Position numbers and translations under genes: made by a program. The notes under the pieces are model-generated. The model was not told where the DNA came from. It did not search any database and was given only the letters and a program-made list of their open reading frames with translations. A stretch of DNA of 63,175 nt, counting the filler, from Folioceros fuciformis (lineage: Eukaryota), in NCBI GenBank assembly GCA_049999805.1. It is 15 parts of 15 records of this genome, joined end to end, with 100 filler letters (N's around TTAATTAATTAA, not from the genome) between each part and the next. Parts side by side here need not be neighbours in the genome. Positions count along the whole stretch, not along the records: positions 7,171 to 13,311 come from JBNGIO010000586.1; positions 13,412 to 17,309 come from JBNGIO010000587.1; positions 17,410 to 23,121 come from JBNGIO010000588.1; positions 23,222 to 28,487 come from JBNGIO010000589.1; 11 more parts are not named here. One strand, given 5' to 3'. Each line of letters starts with the position of its first letter. Within the stretch, counting starts at the first letter, position 1. Shown here one piece after another: positions 13,111 to 25,135 of the stretch.

Positions 13111-13411
13111 GTAACGTGTTACATATAGACTTGAATCAATTTAGTTTTGAGACATGAAATGCTATCACGATAGTGATGATGAGCAACAGCAAGACAACCA
13201 AGCAACATGTGAAGATTTGTTCACTAAAGATTACGCAGAAATAGAAATGCTTCTTTGTCAACTAAGCGATTTGAGACTTGAAACAACAGATTGACCCTAT
13301 TATGTGTTACGNNNNNNNNNNNNNNNNNNNNNNNNNNNNNNNNNNNNNNNNNNNNTTAATTAATTAANNNNNNNNNNNNNNNNNNNNNNNNNNNNNNNNN
13401 NNNNNNNNNNN

Positions 13412-14202
13412 TGGCAACCGACTACTGCACACGCATGGTGGAGGCTCAAGCTTTGCCTGTGGACACAGCAAATGTGGTGGCCAGATTTTTGTTTGAGCAG
13501 ATCATCACGAGGTATGGGTGCCCGTTGGAGTTGGTGAGTGATAGGGGCACTCACTTCATCAATAAAGTAGTCAAGCACATGACTGAATATTTCAATATCA
13601 GTCATAGGAAGACCACTCCCTACAACCCTAAGGCCAATGGGCTCACGGAGAAGGCTAACGGGCTGTTGTGCAAGATCCTCAGCAAACTCACCGTCACCTA
13701 TGCTCATGACTGGGATAGGAAACTCCACTCAGCCTTGTGGGCATACAGGACTGCTGAGAAGGTTACTACCCAGCAGACCCCTTATTACCTCACCTATGGA
13801 CACTCACCGGTCATGCCCATCGAATTTGAGGTACCTACCTTGAGGATGCAGGAGAGCAACCGATTGACCGTGGAGGAGAGCCAACTGGAGAGGCTAACCA
13901 GTTTTGTGCAGCATGATGAGAATAGGGAACGGGCCTTGGCTGTTTTCCTTGATGTTCAGGAGAGGAGGAAGAAGTGGCACGACCATAAGTTGCGTAAATA
14001 AGAGTATGTTGTGCCTGGAGATTTAGCCTTGTTATATGACAATCGGTACATGCACTTTCCAGGTAAGCTGCACTTGAGATGGATGGGACCTTACAGGGTG
14101 CTGGAGGTGTATGAGAATGGGTCCATTCAATTGCAGCACCTCAACGGCCCCAACTTGCCAACCAGGGTTAATGGCTGGCGTGTGAAGAAGTATTATCAGT
14201 AG
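13412..14202 (+). mobile_element. Ty3/Gypsy integrase 3' part (non-chromovirus, Athila/Tat-like)
   Basis: RYGCPLELVSDRGTHF, YNPKANGLTEKAN, ALWAYRT, GPY/F motif LRWMGPYRV; one internal stop; no chromodomain. Confidence 0.93.
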
Positions 14203-15499
14203 TTGGCGAGGATGCCAACAAATGAGAAGGGGAGTATGTGGACTCCACATGCTGAACAGACCCTTGGGAAATGATAGGTTTTCCTTTTTTTTGGATTTGT
14301 GAGTGAGTGTTGTAGAGGAGAGGTTGAAAGGTTAGGTTAGAATAGTAGCTAGATTGATGGTGAGTCGATAGGGTAGATAGGTTGTGTGGTAGATAGGACA
14401 CAGGCTCTGGTTCCTCGGGGTAAGGTAACGGAGGAATAGGAAACCTGGGACGTAGTGGAAAGCGAGCTGGGGGTCCTCTGGCTGTTGCTGGTGGAAGTTG
14501 GGGACAGAGATGGAGGTGTCGGGACGCTGCCCTGGTGCATCGGGTGGATAGGGATCACCAGAGCACAGGTGGCCAAATTAGCAGACCGACAGGATGAGGG
14601 CGGTGGCCTAGATCTGGCCGGATTCAGAAGGCAGGAGCCAGGTTGCGGCCTCTGGGCAAGCGGCCGGCAATAGGCTGGCAGGAGGGTGGGCTGGCAGATC
14701 TAGCCGGCCAGGAGGCCAGATCGACAGACAGTCCTAGGTGGATCAGCGGGGCGGCTTGCCGACAGATCCGAACTTGCAGACTAGGTAGTCGGTGGGCTAG
14801 GCTGCTTGGATCCAGGCTGGCCGGCTGCAGCAGCAGACCAGCCAGATGCAGGCAGCCAGCTGCTGCAAGCAGCAGCCCCGACCAGCGGTTGAATCCAGCG
14901 GGCAGCCAGGTCGAGCAGGTTGGCTGCCTGGTTGGATCTGGAGGCTAGAGGTCGGCTAGTGGCCTCTGGCCAGTCGGTCAAGCTGTAGGCGAGGAAAGCG
15001 AGCTGGATCGCGGTCAGGGGCAGGGCACTTCGGCGGGCTGTGGTAGTGCCAGAGCCATGCAGCCAAGCGGCTGGCGAGTCGACATCTAAGTGGGAGGGTC
15101 CCGAACCAGCTTGGTAGCGGCAGCCGGATTCGGGATGTGGTCAGGCTTGGCATGCGGGAGGCCGGGGTGGATCTAAGCCAAGCCGATGCCTAGAGGAGGG
15201 CCGGGCCAGCAGCGGCCCGGCTACGGAGAGCAGGGGTTGCAGAGGAGCGCTTGCAAGGGCTGGGCAAGCAGCACGGACACCCGGCTACGGGGAGGCAGCC
15301 TAGCCTGGCTGCAAGCAGGCAACCTGGTAGCTGGCGGTGGGTGACCTAGCAGGCACGGCGTCGGGATCTAGGCAGCCAGGGCTGGCTGGCCAGGATCGCG
15401 AGGGGGCTAGCTAGGGGCTACAACAAGCGGCCCCGTGAGAGGGCTGCTTGGCCAGATCCAGGAGAGGAGGAATTGCTCGAAGAAGACCTGTCTGAAGAT

Positions 15500-17166
15500 C
15501 GCCTAGGTGTATATGGCCAGTTCCATTCCCAGGTCCACTTGTCTTTCCCTCTGTCTCCACCACCGATAGGCGTACCCTTCCAGCGACATTACATAGAACT
15601 GAATTCATTGTAAGTCATCCTTCACACTTGCTGTGAGGTATTTCTCCATTTTTTCAAGCCAGTCATACACTCCCTGTGCCTCCTTCACGACCCCGTCAAA
15701 GATCGTGGTTTTGATCTTCCTCAAAAGCTCCTTGTTGAGCTGAGGGCAAGGTTTGAAGGGCTGCTCCTCACTCTCCAGCAGGTCTGACTCTAATTTTGCC
15801 TTGGCCATCTCCCAGTTCTTGTAGCGCATCACCTGGAGTCGGCAGGCTAATGCTTTGATTTCCTTGTCGTCCTTCTCTCCAAGTAACAGGTCCCCACCAA
15901 CTTCTTCAAGTTCTCATCCATTCCCCCTGCTACGATCAAACGAGTGGTTGGGTGCTGGTGAGGTCCAGCCCTCCCTGCCCACTGCTCCCCACTGAGGGAC
16001 TGTTGGGTGTTCCGGTGGCCCGGCCTCTTTTGGGGTTCGGGGGATCAGTAGAGAGGAGTTAGGTTGGGTGGGTCTGGTTGTGTTGGGATCTGACCCTGTC
16101 GGACTTGCGTGTTCCAGCAACTAGAGGACCCCCGCCAGCTGACCTTCTAACCGATGTTGGTTGGCTCGACACAACTCATCCAGTGTTTTCAAACTGGCCT
16201 CCACACCACCTATCTTCACAACCTGGCTCGTGAGGGTGCCAGAATTTCTTCCCAAGGCGTCTTCCAGGTTAATCATTCGAGCCTCTAGGCCTTGGACTAC
16301 TTCGGGGTTGGTTGGGTTCTGAGCGTTCTCCGGGTGTGGGCCGTCGGTCTTGCAGGTGTCGGGTCTGTGGACGCCAATGGTTGCTTGTGCGGACGCAGGT
16401 TCACTAGCGTAGGCAGGATTCGGGACTTCCCCGCAGATGGGTAGTCCGGGTCCATCGCGTTCCGACTCTGAGCGTTTTGGGTCTTGCTGCTGGCCGACCA
16501 ACCTCTGGAGTCGACGGGCTTGGCTTTCTGAAGCTTCTGTTGGCGCGCATCCTAGGACGTGGATGCTAGTCAATCGGTCGTGGGTGGCGCTGGTTTCGGG
16601 CCTCCATCCCCACCCGCACACCTGTTCACTAGTGCTCTCCAGCAGCCTTCCCTTGTCGTTGCTACTGCTGGTAAGTTCCCTTTCCACCGCTTCTCGGGAT
16701 AGGTAGTCGCTCATGATTTCTCGTGCTCGGTCTAACTCTGGGGATGTCTGGATGTTGCGCCACAGGGTCGGATCCCTCACCGGTCGAGGCGTCGTCAGAT
16801 CTCCTACAGTTCCGAGATTACAACACTCGCAGCTAATGGGGAGCACCTCTTGAGTCTCTCGCAGCGGCCTACACTGGAGCCGCATCGTGGAAGCAAAACA
16901 GCACCCCCAATTCTCCTTTGAGATGAATCAAATCTGCACAGCAGCCAGGCGCGTGTAAGTTCACAAACTTCAGGGCTGGATTCTCAGGAATTCCCACTTT
17001 GGTTCCTGTTCCTTGATCTCGCCTCCCTGACCACTTGTGTTCCCTGCGCAGGTTCGCCTGGTAGACGGGCTTGGTCTCGCTGTGGAGTCCACGGCCGTCG
17101 TGCTCTCCCTTCTCTGCTCCGATTCCAATCCTTCGGGGTTTGCAGGATGGATAGGCTCTGATACCA
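15500..17166 (-). mobile_element. 5' internal region of a Gypsy-like element: PBS followed by degenerate gag-like ORFs
   Basis: PBS TGGTATCAGAGCC at 17166-17154; FDGVVKEAQGVYDWLEKMEKYL resembles Gypsy gag. Confidence 0.6.
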
Positions 17167-17409
17167 AGCATCACGGCAAGGATATGTGCCAAGCCCAGAT
17201 CGACTTCCAGGGCAGAGGCTTCTTATCGTGAGATGAGCCTTCAGCAATTGGCTGCGTTTTTCTTAGAGTTCATGGTATAAGAAGGGCTGGCCTGTGTCTT
17301 GCCAAGAAGNNNNNNNNNNNNNNNNNNNNNNNNNNNNNNNNNNNNNNNNNNNNTTAATTAATTAANNNNNNNNNNNNNNNNNNNNNNNNNNNNNNNNNNN
17401 NNNNNNNNN

Positions 17410-19277
17410 TCGTGATGTGCAGGAACAAGTTCCTCCACTTGTAGAAGAGGAGAGAGTGCAACCAGCTTCGGTCGAGTCGCCAGTGCTTCGTAGGTTAGGA
17501 AGGATTTCACGTCCTCTCGACAAGTATGTTGGATCTCTTGAGTATGTCATGCTGACGGATTGTGGGGAGCCCTCTTGTTATCAAGAGGCCACGTCAGTGA
17601 CTGACAAGGACAAGTGGGAGAAGGCGATGCAGTCGTAGATGGATTCACTCCGTAAGAACCAAACTTGGGAGTTGGTTCGGTTGCCTAGGGGCAAGAAGGC
17701 GTTGCCATGCAAATGGGTATAAAAGATCAAGGACATACCCCACTATGGCAAACCCAAGTACAAGGCACGATTGGTTGCTAAGGGTTTAAACAACAGCAAG
17801 GTATTGACTATGATGAGATTTTCTCACCAGTTGTCAAAATGACCACCTTGCGATGTGTTCTTGCTCTTGTTGCGAGGAACGACATGGAACTTGTCCAGAT
17901 GGATGTCAAGTCGGCATTTCTGCATGGTGATCTCCAGGAAGGCATATACATGTAGCAATCAGAGGGTTTCATTGAGAAGGGCAAAGAGAGTCTGGTGTGC
18001 AGGTTAAAGAAGAGCCTTTATGGTTTGAGCAGACACCTAGGGAGTGGTATTACAAGTTCCACTTGTTTATACTTTCTCAAGGCTACGAACGTAGCGATGA
18101 GGATCATTGCCTCTTCTATACGAAGCAAGCTAAGGATGGAATCTTGCTCATTCTGGTCCTTTATGTGGATGATATGCTAATTGCTGGGACTAACAGTGAT
18201 GAGATTTCAGCGGTGAAGTCAAAGTTGAATGCTCGCTTTGACATGATAGACTTGGGAGAGGCAAGCCATATTCTTGGCATGCATATTCATCGAGACAGAC
18301 AGAAGCATTTGCTTTACTTGTCTCAGATTGAATACATTAACAAGGTGCTTCAATGTTTCAATGTGGAGAAGGGGAAGGTATTGAGTACTCTGTTGCCTCC
18401 ATATGTGGAACTTTCAAGCAAAGATTGCCCAAGCTCTGCGGAGGACAAAGCTGAAATGGAAAAGGTTCCATACTCATCAGCTGTAGGGATTTTGATGTAT
18501 GCAATGATTGTTGCACGTCCTGACATTGCTTTTGCAGTGGGAGTGGTTAGCAGGTTTATGTCAAACCCTGGCAAGAAGCATTGGGAGGCAGTGAAAGGAG
18601 TTATGAGGTACTTGAATGGTACGAAAGCTTTGTGCTTATGTTTTGGTAGTGAAAATGCATCTATCGTGGGATATACAGATGCTGATTATTCAGGGGATAT
18701 GGACAAAAGGAGGTCCACATCAGGTTATGTCTTCATGTGCAGTGGAGGGACAGTCTCATGGCGATCTTGTTTGCAATCGTGCGTAACGCTATCTACCATA
18801 GAGGCCGAGTATGTTGCAGCGACTGAGGCGTGCAAGGAAGCCATGTGGCTTGCTCGTTTAGTGGGAGATTTGGGGATCAAGATTGAGCTGCCAGTGTTGC
18901 ATTGTGCACAAGCTCGGACACTCATGGGCATGAGGTAGACCACTTTCCTATGAAGGTAAATTGGCCTTTAAGTGGGAGGTTGTAGGGTTAATAAAGCCCA
19001 ATGTACTTAGACTAATGTGTATAGTCTAAGATTAGTGTCTAGTTAAGTATCATTAGTTTAGATTAGCTTAAGCTAATTTGTAGGAAGCTTCTTGCGCAGC
19101 TTCCTGTGCGCTTCTTGTGAAGCTTCCCAGGAAGCTCTTCTAAAGGGTATAAATACCCGCTTGAGCTCCCTTGCATATTGAGACTCTATTGTGAGAGTGT
19201 TACCTCTCTTTCTCCTCTCCTCCTTGCCTCCTCCTCTCCTCTCCTCTCCTTCACCATGCTCCTCTAGCGATCCTTCA
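17410..19277 (+). mobile_element. Copia family A (Tnt1-like) 3' half: RT, RNase H with deletion, PPT, 3' LTR 18981-19277
   Basis: [59 protein letters not shown]...CCTTCA. Confidence 0.96.
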
Positions 19278-19279
19278 TC

Positions 19280-19533
19280 CCCGGGTTGCTAATACTCGCG
19301 AAGTCGAATGCTCCCCATTGTTTACATCTTCTGCTCTTGCTGCCACCCATTCTGTTCTACTTGGGAGGAAAAACTTCTTCACTCTCTAAATGTGCTCCGT
19401 AGAAAGTTTATGCTCCTGTAGGCAAACAATATCCCAAGTGACCTCCTCTTCTAACAAGTGCTTCAGTCTCATGCACTTCGAGGCCATCTTTGACCAACCC
19501 CCCAAGCCTCTAACATTCCATGAAATGATTCCC
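19280..19533 (-). mobile_element. L1-type LINE ORF2 N-terminus (APE endonuclease), degenerate; 19600-20690 may be ORF1 remnant
   Basis: Minus-strand translation GIISWNVRGLG, the canonical APE start motif. Confidence 0.65.
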
Positions 19534-20694
19534 AGGTGAGGCCCCCTCTCATAGCTTTTAGGGTGTCAATACCCATTTAAATGGTCTTGCTTGAGAATCT
19601 CATGACCGCAGCAGGTTTGGGCACCCTATTCCCAGACATGAGCCTAGATCGAGGCAGTTGGTTATTAGCTTTAAGTTCAAGGGACATTCTTTGAAGTCGT
19701 TCAAATCTTTTACGATAGGTGCACTCTTTCTGCCCCTATCTCTTGTGAACCTATCAGGGTCTCCCTCTGCTATAGTTGGGGTCCAAGTCCCATTTTTCTC
19801 CCACGGCACGTCCAAGGACCACCTCCAGTCGAGAGTAAGCGGCATAGTTGGACCACATGCCTGTTTTAGATGGATATCAGCAAAATAATGCTCACTCGTC
19901 TAATAAACCCCACTGAAGAACTCCACCTCCTTGCCTTCCTTACTCGCAAGAACACCTCCAGATGACAATGCTGCAAAGATCTTTTCCTGCCCTGGTTGAA
20001 GCTGCTAAACTGGAATGAGGATAGGAAGCAGCTCCCCCTCGTATCCTAACTTAACCAAGTATGAGTAAGTAACCTGAATCTTCCTCGTAACCGTAAGGTG
20101 AACTAAGAAAGGTTTACCTTTCCGCTGGGTTACTTTTTCCGGCGTCCGACTTCCCTGTCCACTCCTCACTCTAGTATTCTCCTACCCAGACGTGTAGAAC
20201 CCTTGTTTCACCATCATAGCCTGATACCGACTCTTCTCCCATGAACGAATGGGAGAGTGACATCCTTCTTCCCTAGATCAAATAGCCTAAACCTCAAGTC
20301 AGACAGGCTCACCCTCTTCATCAACATCTGCATAGGGAGTTAAGAACAGGTCATCCTCAGAAGCATAAACTGCGTTCTCACGCATGATGGGGCTTCCGCC
20401 ATCAGACAACGCCTTTGTTAGACTGACTGAACCGTTTTCTACCTCCATGGCACTCTTTCTCTCTTCAGTACTGCGGTTCCCACCCCCTATCAAGGGCGCC
20501 ATCGTCTCACCATTTGTACCCTTCCCTTGTATTTGGTATCCAGCCCTCTGCTCTTCCACCACTTTGACCTTTTTTCCTTCCGGGACATTATGTCCATGGC
20601 CATCCGCTGAACCACCCTGTTCAGCACTTTCCTTGCTTTGGCCACAGCAATCTAGTCATGCCGCTTACACCCTGCTAACGGATCCTTCGAGGTC

Positions 20695-21568
20695 TGTAGG
20701 GTTAATAAAGCCCAATGTGCTTAGACTAATGTGTATAGTCTAAGACTAGTGTCCAGTTAAGCACCATTAGTTTAGATTAGCTTAAGCTAATCTGTAGGAA
20801 GCTTCTTGCGCAACTTTCTATGCGCTTCTTGTGAAGCTTCCTAGGGAGCTCTTTTAGAGGGTATAAATACCCGCTTAAGCTCCCTTGCATATTGAGACTC
20901 TGTGTGAGAGTTTGACCTCTCCTTTCTCCTCCTCCTTGCCTCTCTTCCTCTCCTTCTTCACCATGCAGCTCCTGGAGCGGTCCTACAAGTGGTATAAGAG
21001 CTTAGTGTGGAGCAAGATGGTGTTGGCTGCAAGTGATGCGGATAGATGCTCAAGGCCGTAAGGATGGGCATCTAGGTAGAGCGCCAGCGAGGTGCGGCAT
21101 TCGGGGTGCAAGGGCCTCTAGCCCGGAGAGGAAGCCAGGAGCTAGGAGCTTGTCAAAGTTCACATCAGTCAGAACCCTGCAAATGTTCTTACCAAGGGGC
21201 TCTCTACAGAGCAATTCGCACAAGCTCGGACATTCATGGGCATGAGGTAGACCTCTCTCCTATGAAGGTAAATTGGCCTTTAAGTGGGAGGTTGTAGGGT
21301 TAATAAAGCCCAATGTGCTTAGACTAACGTGTTTAGCCTAAGATTAATGTCTAATTATGTACCATTAGTTTATATTAGCTTAAGCTAATTTGTAGGAAGC
21401 TTCTTGCGCAGCTTTCTGTGCGCTTCTTGTGAAGCTTCCTAGGGAGCTCTTCTAGAGGGTATAAATACCCGTTTGAGCTCCCTTGCATATTGAGACTTTG
21501 TGTGAGAGTGTGACCTCTCCTTTCTGCTCCTCCTTGCCTCTCCTCCTCTCCTTCTTCACCATGTAGCT
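20695..21568 (+). mobile_element. TRIM (miniature non-autonomous LTR element) of Copia family A
   Basis: 5' LTR 20695-20987, PBS TGGTATAAGAGC, ~305-bp internal region, PPT AAGTGGGAGGT, 3' LTR from 21293 truncated near 21568. Confidence 0.92.
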
Positions 21569-22802
21569 GGTCCTGGTCCTCTGCCCACTAAGGCCTCCGT
21601 GTTTTTCTGCCTAGGTGGTATTCAACCAGGCATTGGCTCCGTTATCTCAGTTGGGGAAGCTAGAACCGATCTCACAACCGGATCCAAATCTCCAGCGGAG
21701 CTAGGGCCTGACCGTTGTTCCAGTGATTAGGAGGCCAGCGCCAACTCGCTGACTAGTGTTGAGTCCAACACCGAAGAGTCAAGACGCCTTTGCCCATGGA
21801 AATTCGAGGCAGAAACCTTCCCCACACCCTCACCCACTACCTCTACAAGAATCCCTGGCCCTTGCCCCTGGCTCAAGCCCGACGGTGACAACCACTCCGA
21901 GCCGTGCACCCATACTCCTTAAGAGGGCACAGCCATTGTTGCACCAATCTCGGTGTCGGAAAATGCGAATTTCCTAGTGGACTCCCTTTCTTCCTCCACA
22001 CTCCTGGAGATAAGGGACCCTTTTAACCCACTCCTGTAAGCAACCCCAAGGCTAGCCTGAATCTCCCAGCCCCTAAGGATTTGCTGGCGTCCAACCTCTG
22101 AAGGTTTTTCAGTTGTTTCACCCACCACCCTTACCAGCTTTCCAGGCCCTAGCTCCATGCTGGAGACTGAAGGAAGCTGCGTCTCCCAGCCTTTGAGGCC
22201 TAGGCTCTTGGGCAGAAGAACCCGACGGTGTTCCTGTACCGGTGACCACCTCTATCACAACACCTTTGTAGGTCCAATTCCCCACTTCATTCCTGGTGCC
22301 TGGGGGACGTTTTGCCTCTCCAATCTCCCGTCCACCTATGCATAGCTCGTCCTGCACTTCAGATGTTGATCCCTGTCCACAAATTTCTTCCTCCACTTGG
22401 TCTCCCACCTTGGCAGCTCCGAGAATTGTCCCAGAAGCCACCCTAGACAGGAAGGAAGCGCCATGCATGTTCACCCTTAGGGGTGCTCCGGTGATGGTGC
22501 CAGCGACCGAGGCACCGCCAAAGAGCGCACCATTCTCCTCCTCAAACCTGGATGCAAGATTTTTCAGCATCCCGTCCGCTTCGTGCCCACCTGTGGCTAG
22601 CACTTCCGTCGCATCAGCTTCCATCTCCTCATTTGCCAAGTGTGTGCTGGTGGAGCTTCCTGTCGAGGCCGTCACATCACCTTGAAAAGCCCCGACTTGG
22701 ACCCCGTTGGCACTGGGGACTAGCTACTCATCCTGGAGCCCCCGTTCAAATCGATGATTCCCTACACCAGGCTCTATAGGCGAGTTCTCTTCTCCCTCAG
22801 CT

Positions 22803-23121
22803 AGTAGCAAGATGTGTGTCGAAAGGGCCTTTGAAATGTTAAAGTGCAGGTTCCGGATTCTACTGAAAAGGTGTGACATGGCTTTGAAGAACATCCCTTC
22901 CGTGGTGTCTACTTGTCTTGTGCTACATAACATATGTTTGGTACATAAGCTCAAGTTTTGAGAAGAGTGGGTCTTGCAAGCCGAAGAGGCTTTGAATGAT
23001 GATGTTGGCATGGAGGACCTTGGGCAAAGTCTTTCCGAACAAAATGTAACACGAGAGGCAAGCAGAGATGTTCATCAAGCTTTACTTGAAGTTGGCCTAG
23101 CAAGTTCAAGTAAGAGTGGAC
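22803..23121 (+). mobile_element. PIF/Harbinger DDE transposase C-terminal fragment (HARBI1/ALP1-like); not in the supplied ORF track
   Basis: Manual translation SSKMCVERAFEMLKCRFRILLKRCDMALKNIPSVVSTCLVLHNICL matches the VERAFG.LK.RF...C..LHN signature. Confidence 0.85.
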
Positions 23122-24142
23122 NNNNNNNNNNNNNNNNNNNNNNNNNNNNNNNNNNNNNNNNNNNNTTAATTAATTAANNNNNNNNNNNNNNNNNNNNNNN
23201 NNNNNNNNNNNNNNNNNNNNNCGTATGTACAATGCATGAGCACCATGAGAGAGGGGAAGGCCGACCTCGTGTCCAAAAACTCAAGATATGACACTCAGAT
23301 TGCGCACCCCTACGCTATGGTAGCAGTAGGCTGCTAAGACCACTTAGACTTAAACCTCAAATTCGACCAAAGACCATAAGGGCTCACCTTCCCTAGGGAC
23401 ACGTGTGATTCCACTGCTCATCATTCCCAGGATCGAGAAAGCCCGCCTTCTTCCATTCTTTCCGCTTGAATTGTTTCTGATGGGACTGCCTCAAAGCTTT
23501 TGCTACAATCAGTACGTGTTCCCATATGCGCCATAATAAAGCCTTAGTTTTTATTATGGCACATATGGGAACAACAATTTGTTTTGACTCCCCATGATGG
23601 GAGACCAATCCCTATAGTCCACATGTGTGAATGCACTACAAGACGTTTACATACCCATACTAGCCATGCCTCCACAGTTCTACGGTACAGTTAGCCACGG
23701 CTACAAAAACTGCCTACTATTCAAAAATGCATGTTTTGCATGAACCCGCCGTACACACACCACTCGAGAAATCATCCAGACATAATCTTTATCATACAAC
23801 CGAGTGAAAGGCTCTACCGTGTGATGCGGGTCCGAACTTGCCACTCATTCATTGAGCCCCTTCCCGGTTTCTGAAAAGGCGTCATGCTAGTGGAATCGAT
23901 GAACAATACATGCCTTTAAAAGTTGGGCCCACAAGCGTAGGTCCACCTTTAGGACTAGGATTGAACTCTAGCACCAGGCCTACGCCCAAGGCAAAAAGTT
24001 AAGTATGAGGTCATTCTAACATTTTGTTTGTCAAACTTTTGCTCGGTTTGGGTGCTGAAGCAGTAGCGTAACAAACAGCCAGAGAATGTTACAAAATGGT
24101 GGAAGAATGTAACAAGAAAGCGTGACATAGGCCACATGTTTC

Positions 24143-24960
24143 TTGCTGTGCGATTTTCAAGCATTTCTATTAAAAGTGCACATTTGGAAAGGCCTGGAGG
24201 AGGAGCAACGTGCACTAGCAGATCTAGACATCAAAGAAGATTTGCAAAGCTTTACTGTGCCACAAACTGAAGAGGTTGTCCACTTCCAAGTTTTTGTAAG
24301 AGATGTTGCAGATATGCGGGGGTTCTTAAGAGTGCGGAACTACACAACTTTGGTTATGGACCTGCCACGAGTTTTCAAGAAGAGCACATATGACATTAAG
24401 ATGGAGTAAGCATAGCTGGCAACTATCTTTCAAGCTTTCAACGATATGACAACTTGCGAGGAGCCCCACATGATTGTCATGCGTGGAGTGGAGGAGATGT
24501 AGATTGTTCGAGAAACAATGTGAAAGTAGTGCACTTGTGGGGGAATGGTGTCATTCATATGGCACAAGACAAACATGCACAATGATCTTGGAGGGTTTGA
24601 CATTGTGTAGTACATCACTATTGGATGGGGTGCATCCACAGAAAGTAAGAAGACAAGATTCCCATGGTACGACACAATGTGCAGGGGCCCTTCAACAATG
24701 GGCGGGCTGTCATTTCACATGATACTGTTGTGAAGAAGCTGTTGTACATGTCCTTGGACAAACTTGTGGTTTACGCCTACCAACGTCCTCTGGGGCTTAT
24801 GATGAAGCTGATCAAGACCTTTTCCATGGAGGGTGATTGGATCCTTGATGCTTGCTTTGGAAGTGGGACAACTACCTTGGCAGCTTTGCTAAGTGGGCAG
24901 AATTGCACGCGATTGACATGGACAAGAGATGCACATAATTCATTCTGCAACAAATTCATG
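24143..24960 (+). pseudogene. Beta-class amino (N6-adenine/N4-cytosine) DNA methyltransferase, decayed
   Basis: Motifs in beta order: LVMDLP (motif IV-like), FIWHKTN, then YQRPLGLMMKLIKTFSMEGDWILDACFGSGTTTLAALLSG (motifs X-I, SAM binding); several stops and a frameshift. Confidence 0.75.
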
Positions 24961-25135
24961 GATATGAGGTCCTCCCAGATGCCATTGAGGAGCTTAATCA
25001 TGAGCCTCACCAGAGAGGCCCATTTCAATTTTGAGCTAAGGAGCTGAGCCTTTTAGGAAAGGACATTAGCCAGGCACAAACTGTGCCATTAGGAATGGCT
25101 AAATTGAAAGAGCAAAGGGGTGCCCTCGTTGAATA

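Noticed and set aside
14455-15480. Several short ORFs in a GC-rich repetitive tract (similar tract at 35900-36066)
   Set aside because: No domain motifs; consistent with non-coding TE internal sequence
20695-21568. Cassandra-type TRIM carrying 5S rRNA
   Set aside because: No 5S rRNA-like sequence seen in the LTRs
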